Of a stretch of 43,199 bases of DNA, positions 1 through 7,256 are shown in pieces. Source of the DNA: Desulfobacteraceae bacterium (GTDB taxonomy: Bacteria; Desulfobacterota; Desulfobacteria; Desulfobacterales; Desulfococcaceae). The notes under the pieces were generated by a model, which did not search any database, was not told the DNA's origin, and worked only from the letters and a program-made list of their open reading frames with translations. Each line of letters opens with the position of its first letter. The first letter of the stretch is position 1. The position numbers and the translations under genes were made by a program. The DNA is taken from assembly GCA_011390315.1 (NCBI GenBank), contig JAABSQ010000151.1, positions 1 to 43,199 on the forward strand, read 5' to 3'.

Positions 1-250
1 CCACCACCACCACCTCTTTTCGAAGCGGGAGCAGGAATTTTTCAGTAAAGGAGACCCGCCGGCCCTTGTAAAACAGATCACCGGCGGAGGGGGTATTCAA
101 AAATCCGAGGATGGACAGGAGGGTGGTCTTGCCGGACCCGTTGGGTCCCAGAAGGCCGTAAATTTCCCCCTTTTCAAAAAAAAGCTCGGGCAGATCGAGC
201 ACCGTTCGCCCGTTGTAGCGCTTTTTGAGCCCGCGAATATCATACAGCAT
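1..250 (-). CDS. tupC: ABC transporter ATP-binding protein, tungstate TupC-like (N-terminal part only; gene continues past the left edge)
   Basis: Own reverse-strand translation from ATG 248-250: MLYDIRGLKKRYNGRTVLDLPELFFEKGEIYGLLGPNGSGKTTLLSILGF... Walker A GPNGSGKT. ATGA start/stop overlap with the upstream permease gene. Confidence 0.8.
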   Translation of the reverse strand, partial: MLYDIRGLKKRYNGRTVLDLPELFFEKGEIYGLLGPNGSGKTTLLSILGFLNTPSAGDLFYKGRRVSFTEKFLLPLRKEVVVV

Positions 251-945
251 CAGGAAATCGCCCGGCCCTGAATGGAATTGAGCATCACATTGACGACCAG
301 GCTGATGCTCATAAGGATCAGCCCCAGGGCGACCGCCAGCACGAATTCTCCCTTGTCGTATTCCAGCGCCATGGCGGTGGTCATGGTTCGGGTGAATCCC
401 TTGGCATTGCCGCCCAGCATCATGCTGATGCCGATTTCCGAGATGACCCGGCCGAAGCTGGCCACCACGGCAGACATGATGCCGAAGCGGGCTTCGCGAA
501 GCAGGACCAGGGCGACCTGGATTCGATCGGCCCCCAATGTCTTGGCAGTTTGCCGGTATCGGCGGTCGAGCCGGTGAACGGCGGAGATGGTGAAGGTGGT
601 GACGATCGGCACGATCAGAATCACCTGACCGATGACAATCGCCTCCTGGGTATAGAGCAGCCCCAATTCCCCCAGAATCCCCCGCCTGGAAATGAACATG
701 TAGACGAACAGCCCGATCACGACGGTGGGAAGGGCCAGCAGGGTATTCAGAAAGGTGATGACGGCCCGCTTTCCATGAAAATCGGTGGTGGAAATCGTGA
801 ACCCGAGAGGAATGCCCACAAGAGATGCGATCAGGGTCGACAAGGCACTTACCTTCAGGGACACCGCAACCACATCGAGCAGATCCGGGTCTAAGGAACG
901 AATCAACAAAAAAGCGGATAAAAAACTGTCTTGAAAAAACTGCAT
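250..945 (-). CDS. tupB: ABC transporter permease, tungstate TupB-like
   Basis: 231-aa multi-pass hydrophobic ORF with a binding-protein-dependent transport inner-membrane signature region (AKTLGADRIQV...). Sits between the TupA-like binding protein and the ATPase. Confidence 0.8.
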   Translation of the reverse strand: MQFFQDSFLSAFLLIRSLDPDLLDVVAVSLKVSALSTLIASLVGIPLGFTISTTDFHGKRAVITFLNTLLALPTVVIGLFVYMFISRRGILGELGLLYTQEAIVIGQVILIVPIVTTFTISAVHRLDRRYRQTAKTLGADRIQVALVLLREARFGIMSAVVASFGRVISEIGISMMLGGNAKGFTRTMTTAMALEYDKGEFVLAVALGLILMSISLVVNVMLNSIQGRAIS

Positions 946-1015
946 GAATGAAATCTTTATTCAGGATTCAGGTTGTTCTCGGCGGAATATGTCAGAAAAG
1001 GTCGATCTTTTCAAC

Positions 1016-1047
1016 AAAAAAAACCGGAGGCGACAGGCCGCCCCCGG
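1016..1047 (-). terminator. Intrinsic terminator between tupA and tupB
   Basis: Minus strand reads CCGGGGGCG-gccugu-CGCCUCCGG (9 bp including one G-U) followed by U8. Confidence 0.75.
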
Positions 1048-1088
1048 TTGTATCTCATCCGGTGTTTTGCTAACCGTTACAGGAAGCG

Positions 1089-1997
1089 CTATCGGGCATC
1101 GGGAACCGCGTCCGGATAAAACAGCTGTTTGCCGTGAAGGGTGTAACCGGCGATCACCGACTGCCCCTTTTCGGAGGTGATCCATTCGGCGAACTGCTTG
1201 GCCAGATCGTATTTCACATGATCGTGTTTTTTCGGATCGACCGGGATTACCCCGTAGGGGTTGTAGAGATTGGGATCACCTTCGGTGAGCACCTCCAGAT
1301 CGATGCCGTCATCCCGTCCGGCGGTGTAATTGATGTAGGTTCCCCGGTCGGTAAGGGTATAGGCCTGTTTTTCGTCGGCGAAGGTAAGAACTTTCCCCAT
1401 TCCCTGCCCGATGGATATGTACCATTCGCCCAATCCCTTCGGATGAACAAAGGAGAGTTCCATCGGTTTTCCTTTTTTGGTGATCGTTTTGCTCTCTTCT
1501 TTCAGTTCGAGGTCGGTCCCCTTCCAGAGGTCCTGTTCTTTGGTGTGGGTTCCGCTGTCATCCCCCCGGGAAATAAAAGTGGATCGGGAGTCGGCGATCT
1601 TTTCCAGGGCCTTCACCGCATCGGTCATTCCCTTGATTCCGGCCGGATCGGATTTGGGCCCCACAATGATGAAATCGTTGTGCATCACCGCATATCGTCG
1701 GGTCCCGTAGCCTTCTTCCACGAATTTTTCCTCCCGGTCCTTGGCGTGGACGAAAATAACATCCACATTGCCGTCCATCCCGTCCCGAATGGCTGCGCCG
1801 GTGCCTTTGGCGATCACCTTCACTTCGATGCCGGTATCCTTTTTGAGTTCGGGCAACAATACATCCAGAAGTCCCGAGGCCTGGGTGGAGGTCGTGGTGG
1901 ACATCTGAAGCACCTTGTCGTCGGCGGCCCCCGCCTGCATCGCGAACACGCCCGACAGAATGCACACCAGCCACAACCCTACCGATTTCTTCTTCAT
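1089..1997 (-). CDS. tupA: Tungstate ABC transporter substrate-binding protein TupA-like
   Basis: 302 aa. Signal peptide MKKKSVGLWLVCILSGVFAMQAGA. MSTTTSTQASGLLDVLLP block matches my recollection of the TTTS motif of TupA/WtpA-type oxyanion binding proteins. AGGAGG RBS upstream of ATG 1997. Confidence 0.8.
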   Translation of the reverse strand: MKKKSVGLWLVCILSGVFAMQAGAADDKVLQMSTTTSTQASGLLDVLLPELKKDTGIEVKVIAKGTGAAIRDGMDGNVDVIFVHAKDREEKFVEEGYGTRRYAVMHNDFIIVGPKSDPAGIKGMTDAVKALEKIADSRSTFISRGDDSGTHTKEQDLWKGTDLELKEESKTITKKGKPMELSFVHPKGLGEWYISIGQGMGKVLTFADEKQAYTLTDRGTYINYTAGRDDGIDLEVLTEGDPNLYNPYGVIPVDPKKHDHVKYDLAKQFAEWITSEKGQSVIAGYTLHGKQLFYPDAVPDAR

Positions 1998-2053
1998 TTG
2001 AACCTCCTTCTCGACAGAAAATTAAATGTGCTTTCACCATCTCCGATGGAGTT

Positions 2054-2081
2054 ATAATAGCGCATTTTGAAGAAGATTCAA
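2054..2081 (-). promoter_or_regulatory. Sigma70-type promoter candidate for tupA
   Basis: Minus strand TTGAAT-16 nt-TATTAT, about 55 nt upstream of the tupA ATG. Confidence 0.45.
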
Positions 2082-2139
2082 TCCAAAATTTAAAACTGTA
2101 AGAATCAGATGACCAATAGTTACCTATCGCTCCCGTTTT

Positions 2140-2535
2140 TTACAAAATCTTTTTGAGATTTCTGAACTCCACCCCGACCCCGTCACCGGTTTTGCGAACC
2201 ACGATCCCTTTCACCCGCACCGCTTTGCCGCCGTCGGAGAAGGGAATCATCAATATAAGCTCCTCCCCCACCTGTAAAGGAGACCGGGTTTCGATAAACA
2301 CTCCGGCCACGCTGATGTCCCGAATATAATCCGTGTAGGCCCGGTCCTGGGTGGAAAAATCCACCGATGTGCGAAAGTTTTTCCGGGGATACCGACGGAC
2401 CTCGACCCAATGGTCATGGGGGGAATAGGCAGATATGGAAGGGGCCTCATTCGAGGACTGTTCCCGTTCCGCCGAAGATATTCCGGAGGTAAAATACAAG
2501 CAGTCGCCGTATTTGAATTTCAGCGCCCTGGTCAT
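2140..2535 (-). CDS. PilZ domain protein (c-di-GMP receptor type)
   Basis: 131 aa. PilZ signatures RRYPR (RxxxR) and DISVAG (D/NxSxxG). GGAGAAGGAG RBS before ATG 2535. Only 21 nt downstream of the preceding gene. Confidence 0.8.
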   Translation of the reverse strand: MTRALKFKYGDCLYFTSGISSAEREQSSNEAPSISAYSPHDHWVEVRRYPRKNFRTSVDFSTQDRAYTDYIRDISVAGVFIETRSPLQVGEELILMIPFSDGGKAVRVKGIVVRKTGDGVGVEFRNLKKIL

Positions 2536-2556
2536 CGAACTCCTTCTCCGCGAGGG

Positions 2557-3471
2557 TCACACCATCTTGAGATGGCTCGCCTGTTCATATAATTGCCGGG
2601 CCATCCGAACCGTGGCCTGATCCACCATTCTACCCTCCACCGCCACCGCACCGCGCCCGACGGATCGGGCATCTTCAAAGGCTTCCAACACCTTCACGGC
2701 ACGGTCGATGTCTTCCCGGGAAGGGGAGAACACCTGATTCAAAATATCGATCTGCCCCGGGTGAATGGCCCATTTTCCGTTGCAGCCCAGAGCGCAGGAT
2801 TTCAGCCCCGATTCCCGAAGCCCTTCCATGTCTTTGAAATTACCGTAGGGCGCATCGATAGCCTGCAGTCCGTTGGCCTTGGCGGCCATCACCAACCGGC
2901 TCAGAGGGAAGTGCCAGCGATCCCCGGGATACAAGGCCGCTTCGCTCTCTCCATGGCCGGAAATCGACACCAGGCGGGCCTCCACCGAGGCGGAGTAGTC
3001 GGCGATGCCGAAGACGAGGGTCACCAGTCGTTCGCTCGCCCGAGCGATTTCGGAAACCCCTTCCATACCCCGGGCGGTTTCAATGGAGGCCTCCACCCCG
3101 ATTCGGGCGGTGATTCCCTTTTCCATTTCGATGCCGTCCAGCATTCGGCTCACGAAATGGATGTCGCCGGGGTGGTCGACCTTGGGCACCACCACCGCGT
3201 TCAGACGATGCCCCGCCGCCTCGGCCGTTTCCAGAAGATCGCGATAGGCAAAAGGGGTGTCGAGGCTGTTGATTCGAACGGTCACCACCTTCTCTCCCCA
3301 GTCCTGATTCAGAAGGGATCGGACGATCTGGCTGCGGGCCGATGACTTGGCCTCCACCGGCACACTGTCTTCCAGGTCCAGCATAATGACATCGGCGGCG
3401 CTTCCCGCCGCTTTTCGATGCATCTTTTCCAGATGCCCGGGAACGGATAAAATCGATCGCCTGGGTTTCAT
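2557..3471 (-). CDS. HpcH/HpaI aldolase / citrate lyase beta (CitE) / malyl-CoA lyase family protein
   Basis: ORF 2557..3555 trimmed to ATG 3471 (MKPRRSILSVPG...), which has a GGAGAAG RBS. SVPG...MLDLEDSV...VRINS blocks are typical of the family. Confidence 0.8.
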   Translation of the reverse strand: MKPRRSILSVPGHLEKMHRKAAGSAADVIMLDLEDSVPVEAKSSARSQIVRSLLNQDWGEKVVTVRINSLDTPFAYRDLLETAEAAGHRLNAVVVPKVDHPGDIHFVSRMLDGIEMEKGITARIGVEASIETARGMEGVSEIARASERLVTLVFGIADYSASVEARLVSISGHGESEAALYPGDRWHFPLSRLVMAAKANGLQAIDAPYGNFKDMEGLRESGLKSCALGCNGKWAIHPGQIDILNQVFSPSREDIDRAVKVLEAFEDARSVGRGAVAVEGRMVDQATVRMARQLYEQASHLKMV

Positions 3472-3526
3472 GGCAAACTTCTCCGTATGGGTTTCCGCCA
3501 AATGGTTTCCGACAGGATGATTTTGA

Positions 3527-3555
3527 ACATTATGGAAATTGAAACAGGAAGTCAA
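3527..3555 (-). promoter_or_regulatory. Sigma70-type promoter candidate for the CitE-like/PilZ operon
   Basis: Minus strand TTGACT-17 nt-TAATGT. Confidence 0.5.
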
Positions 3556-3571
3556 GAATCGGTCTTCGGCA

Positions 3572-3612
3572 TAAAACAGAAACAGCCGGGTCCCTGTTGA
3601 GGACTCCGGCTG
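3572..3612 (-). terminator. Intrinsic terminator downstream of satP
   Basis: Minus strand CAGCCGGAGUCC-ucaacag-GGACCCGGCUG (11 bp, one bulged A) followed by UUUCUGUUUU. Confidence 0.75.
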
Positions 3613-3626
3613 CTGCGCTACTTTTT

Positions 3627-3645
3627 ATCGATTCAGTGAATCGAT
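3627..3645. promoter_or_regulatory. Perfect 9+1+9 palindrome ATCGATTCA-g-TGAATCGAT
   Basis: Read directly. Lies between the satP stop and its terminator. Shares TGAAT/ATTCA half-sites with the motifs at 4437-4449 and 4525-4537. Confidence 0.25.
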
Positions 3646-3695
3646 TCAGGACCATCCGCGGCTATCCGTCCGCTACCCGGTAAGAAAAGCGGATA

Positions 3696-4310
3696 TTATG
3701 CGGACTCCGTGACGGGAGGAACCGAATCGACCTGCTTGGGCTTGGGCGTGATCCAGGGTTTTCCGACCGGCAATACGTCCCGTCCGAAAACGTCCATGAA
3801 AATCACATGGGCCATCATGTACCAGGCGTTCAGGGCGCAGAGGATCAGTACCACCGCGGCGGGTTTGGTCATCCCCGGAAAACCGAAGTGGGCCAGATCA
3901 AGGCCGATAAACCCGATCAGCAAGAGGGTGAAGGTGGACGCCATGGCCCCATGAATTCGAAGAGCGGCGACCCACATGATGGCGGTATAAAGAGTCCACA
4001 CCACCAGGAACCATCCGATATCGGTTCCACTGGATTTGTAAATTCCGAAATGATTCAACAGCAGCATCACACAGAGCGAGATCCAGAAGGCGCCGTAGGA
4101 AACGAAGGCGCTGTATCCGAAGTTGTTTCCGCACTTGAATTCCTGGTATCCCGCGATCATTTGAGCCAGCCCGCCGAACATCAACCCCAGGGCCACGATC
4201 GGTCCCATCCCGCACCATCCCAAATTATGAATCTGCAGAATCAGTGTCGTCAATCCAAAACCTGCCAGACCGACTACCGCGGGGTTTCCCATCTTTGCTT
4301 CACCAGCCAT
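3696..4310 (-). CDS. satP: GPR1/FUN34/YaaH family acetate/succinate transporter
   Basis: 204-aa multi-pass membrane ORF. N-terminal NPAVVGLAGFGLTT and FVSYGAFW blocks are characteristic of the family. GAGGAGG RBS. Confidence 0.85.
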   Translation of the reverse strand: MAGEAKMGNPAVVGLAGFGLTTLILQIHNLGWCGMGPIVALGLMFGGLAQMIAGYQEFKCGNNFGYSAFVSYGAFWISLCVMLLLNHFGIYKSSGTDIGWFLVVWTLYTAIMWVAALRIHGAMASTFTLLLIGFIGLDLAHFGFPGMTKPAAVVLILCALNAWYMMAHVIFMDVFGRDVLPVGKPWITPKPKQVDSVPPVTESA

Positions 4311-4381
4311 CGAAAAAATCCTCCTCGTAAAGGGTTTTTGTTTGTGCCTTATACCGTTCTACATCTATGCAATATCAGGCA

Positions 4382-4410
4382 TGTATACACAAACGCATTT
4401 TAAATGTCAA
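4382..4410 (-). promoter_or_regulatory. Sigma70-type promoter candidate for satP
   Basis: Minus strand TTGACA-17 nt-TATACA. Confidence 0.55.
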
Positions 4411-4433
4411 GCAAACAACATTAAAAGTTTACT

Positions 4434-4538
4434 AAATGAACTGCATTCACTTATATACAATTAAAAATATTCGTAATTTGACAAACTGAAGAGCTATACT
4501 GAATCATCAATCAAGCCATAAAAATGAATTGCATTCAT
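4434..4538. promoter_or_regulatory. Two copies of a 17-nt AAATGAA(C/T)TGCATTCA(C/T) motif (inverted-repeat core ATGAAT-N3-ATTCAT), 88 bp apart
   Basis: Copies at 4434-4450 and 4522-4538. The second is a perfect 6+3+6 palindrome. Both lie in a very AT-rich stretch upstream of the satP promoter. Confidence 0.3.
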
Positions 4539-4563
4539 ATTATTAATTTTAGAGCAAATTAAA

Positions 4564-4603
4564 GCGGCTGATATAATTGTCTTATCTTTATTATATCAGC
4601 CGC
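4564..4603 (-). terminator. Terminator hairpin downstream of the PrpE-like gene
   Basis: Perfect 14-bp inverted repeat GCGGCTGATATAAT/ATTATATCAGCCGC with a 12-nt loop. On the minus strand it is followed by UUUAAUUU. Confidence 0.65.
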
Positions 4604-4641
4604 CGTCGGTTCTCTAAGCCGAAATCGACTGTGGCGTCAGC

Positions 4642-6546
4642 CTACTTGCGGGCCTTTCCGTAGCCGATACTGTTGAGCGCTTGCTCCATTTCATCCAGGA
4701 TAACCGGATCATCGATGGTGGCCGGGACATTATAGGGCGTATTGTCGGCGATCTTCTGAATGGTTCCCCGGAGGATCTTTCCGGAACGGGTTTTGGGAAG
4801 TCGCTTGACCACGGTGGCGGTCTTGAAGGCGGCCACCGGCCCGATGCGATCCCGAACATCCTGGATCACCTCTTTGATGATCTCTTCCTGAGGACGATCC
4901 ACCCCGGCGTTCAATACCAGGAACCCGATGGGCACCTGGCCCTTGAGATTGTCCTCGACCCCCAGAACAGCGCATTCGGCCACGTCCGGATGATCCGACA
5001 GGACCTCCTCCATGGCGCCGGTGGAGAGACGGTGACCGGCGACGTTGATGATATCGTCGGTCCGGGCCATGACATAGATGTAGCCCTCGGCATCGATGTA
5101 TCCCGCATCGGCGGTTTTGTAATAGCCGGGAAATTCCTCGAGGTAGGCTTCCTTGAACCGTTGGTCGGCCTGCCAGAGGGTGGGCAGGGTCCCCGGAGGA
5201 AGCGGGAGTTTGACCACCAGCGCGCCGATTTCACCGGGGGCGACCTGATTGTTGTTGGGATCTACGACCTGAACATCCCAGCCCGGGACCGCCTTGGTGG
5301 GGGAGCCGTATTTCACCGGAAAATGGTGCAGGCCCATGCAATTGGCGGCGATGGCCCAACCGGTTTCGGTCTGCCACCAGTGGTCGATGACCGGCACGTT
5401 AAGGTTGTTCTCGGACCATTGGATGGTATCCGGATCGGAGCGCTCACCGGCCAGGAAGAGAATCTTGAAACAGGAAATATCGTAATCCTTGATCATCTTC
5501 CCTTTGGAGTCTTCCCGCTTGATGGCCCGATAGGCGGTGGGCGCGGTGAACATGCATTTGACCTGATGCTGGGAAATAACCCGCCAGAAGACCCCGGCGT
5601 CAGGAGTGCCCACCGGTTTGCCTTCGAACAGAATGGTGGTGCAGCCCTTGAACAGCGGCGCGTAAACGATATAAGAATGACCCACGACCCAGCCCACGTC
5701 GGATGCGGCCCACCAGGTGTCGTCTTCATCGATATCGTAGATGGCCTTCATGGTCCATTTGAGGGCCACCGCATGCCCGCCGTTGTCCCGGACCACGCCC
5801 TTGGGCTGACCGGTGGTGCCGGAGGTATACAGAATGTACAGCGGATCGGTGGCGGCCACCGGCACACAATCATGGGGCTTGGCGTCGGCCATCATGGCGG
5901 CCCAGTCCACATCCCGCCCCTCGATCAATGAAGCCTCTTCCTGGGGCCGCTGAAAGATGATGCATTTTTCAGGTTTGGATGAGGACAGATCAATGGCCTT
6001 GTCCAGAAGCGGCTTGTACTTGATGATCCGGGTCACCTCAATACCGCAGGAGGCGGTGACGATGACCTTGGGTTTGGCGTCGTCGATGCGGGTGGCCAGC
6101 TCTTTGGCGGCGAATCCACCGAAGACCACCGAGTGGATGGCGCCGAGACGGGCGCAGGCCAGCATGGCGATCGCGGCTTCGGGAATCATGGGCATGTAGA
6201 TGATGACCCGGTCCCCCTTCTGAACCCCCTGCCCGGCCAGAACGCCGGCGAATTTGGCAACCTCGTCGGTCAATTCCGCATAGGTGTATTTTTTGATGGT
6301 ATCGGTCACCGGGCTGTCATAGATCAGTGCGACCTTATCCCCCCGACCTCTTTCCACATGATAATCCAGCGCATTGTAACAGGTATTGAGCTCACCGCCG
6401 ACAAACCAGCGATACATCGGCTTATTGGAATCATCCAAAACCTTGTCCCACTTCTTGTACCAGTGAATATCTTCCGCGACTTTCCCCCAGAATCCTTCAG
6501 GATCATCCATCGACTCTTGGTACACTTCATCGTACTGGTTGGTCAT
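4642..6546 (-). CDS. prpE: AMP-forming short-chain acyl-CoA synthetase (propionate/acetate-CoA ligase, PrpE-like)
   Basis: 634 aa. Motifs YTSGTTGQPKG, WWQTETG and PKTRSGKILR (conserved acetylatable Lys). By recollection its blocks resemble enterobacterial PrpE more than Acs (not computed). Confidence 0.85.
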   Translation of the reverse strand: MTNQYDEVYQESMDDPEGFWGKVAEDIHWYKKWDKVLDDSNKPMYRWFVGGELNTCYNALDYHVERGRGDKVALIYDSPVTDTIKKYTYAELTDEVAKFAGVLAGQGVQKGDRVIIYMPMIPEAAIAMLACARLGAIHSVVFGGFAAKELATRIDDAKPKVIVTASCGIEVTRIIKYKPLLDKAIDLSSSKPEKCIIFQRPQEEASLIEGRDVDWAAMMADAKPHDCVPVAATDPLYILYTSGTTGQPKGVVRDNGGHAVALKWTMKAIYDIDEDDTWWAASDVGWVVGHSYIVYAPLFKGCTTILFEGKPVGTPDAGVFWRVISQHQVKCMFTAPTAYRAIKREDSKGKMIKDYDISCFKILFLAGERSDPDTIQWSENNLNVPVIDHWWQTETGWAIAANCMGLHHFPVKYGSPTKAVPGWDVQVVDPNNNQVAPGEIGALVVKLPLPPGTLPTLWQADQRFKEAYLEEFPGYYKTADAGYIDAEGYIYVMARTDDIINVAGHRLSTGAMEEVLSDHPDVAECAVLGVEDNLKGQVPIGFLVLNAGVDRPQEEIIKEVIQDVRDRIGPVAAFKTATVVKRLPKTRSGKILRGTIQKIADNTPYNVPATIDDPVILDEMEQALNSIGYGKARK

Positions 6547-6688
6547 TGCCTCATCTCCCTTTCTAAAGTTATGAATTTGGACCCGCCGGAACCGCCGAAG
6601 GACACCTTCTTCATCCGCCGGCGGTACGGCCGGTCAGCAACACGTAAAAACACTCCCTGCAAGAACGCTCCAAAAAAAAAACAATTGA

Positions 6689-6704
6689 GCGCTCGATCGT
6701 TAAA
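6689..6704. repeat. Copy A of a 16-nt direct repeat (GCGCTCGATCGTTAAA)
   Basis: 14/16 identical to 6874-6889. GA(A/G)CGCTC also recurs at 6661-6669. Confidence 0.6.
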
Positions 6705-6873
6705 AAAACATAAAAAATATAGCCCGTTGGATCTTAACTCGACCTTATGTTTGCGTTTTGCCGGTTCAGCCCTCGACCATTTTTTTTCTAACTTATTTTT
6801 TTCTTCTCACCCCGAATTCGGTCAACGACTGCTCTTTCCGACCGGGAGCGGTGCGTTTTTCATTCTTGAACGA

Positions 6874-6889
6874 ACGCTCGATCATTAAA
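6874..6889. repeat. Copy B of a 16-nt direct repeat (ACGCTCGATCATTAAA)
   Basis: See 6689-6704. Lies just downstream of the candidate promoter at 6901-6929. Confidence 0.6.
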
Positions 6890-6900
6890 CGAAAAGGAGT

Positions 6901-6929
6901 TTTATATTACAATTTTCCAATTTTGTCAA
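6901..6929 (-). promoter_or_regulatory. Near-consensus sigma70-type promoter pointing toward the PrpE-like gene
   Basis: Minus strand TTGACA-17 nt-TATAAA. Would give a leader of about 340 nt before ATG 6546. Confidence 0.5.
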
Positions 6930-7256
6930 ACCCTTTTTTTGAATCCAATTCATTTACTATACAGTTTTGATTTATACAGTCTCTTTACAAACAGTTAGCT
7001 ATGTAAACAAATTTATCCCATTCGCACGCCTTCATCAGGGAAAATAGAAATTGAGAAATCGCTTCGCTCAACCGGGAAAGACCGGCTGAATATATAAGAA
7101 AAGTGGCCAAGGTCGGCGGAACATGGTATGGGTCTTTAACCCGAGGGTACAAATTCCTTGACGTATACACGAAAAAAACTTTATCCATGTCTCATAAGAG
7201 TGAGGGCTGCACGATCCAAATCCACCGACAACGTTTTCAGAGGGAGCAAACTTGCT

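Noticed and set aside
1998-2053. Possible Moco/Wco riboswitch in the tupA leader, since tungstate/molybdate transporters are often riboswitch controlled
   Set aside because: The leader is only about 50 nt and AT-rich. It contains just a small CCATC/GATGG hairpin and none of the conserved GC-rich Moco motif blocks I can recall.
6658-6672. Sigma54-like element TGGAGCGTTCTTGCA (minus strand) upstream of the PrpE-like gene
   Set aside because: The GG and GC dinucleotides are one nucleotide too close compared with TGGCAC-N5-TTGC, and the -24 box is TGGAGC rather than TGGCAC. Sigma54 promoters do not tolerate this spacing change.
6758-7188. Track ORFs 6758-6970(+) and 6985-7188(-) in the AT-rich divergent region
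   Set aside because: No RBS. Compositionally odd Phe/Leu/Asn-rich translations typical of AT-rich non-coding DNA. They overlap predicted promoter and leader elements.
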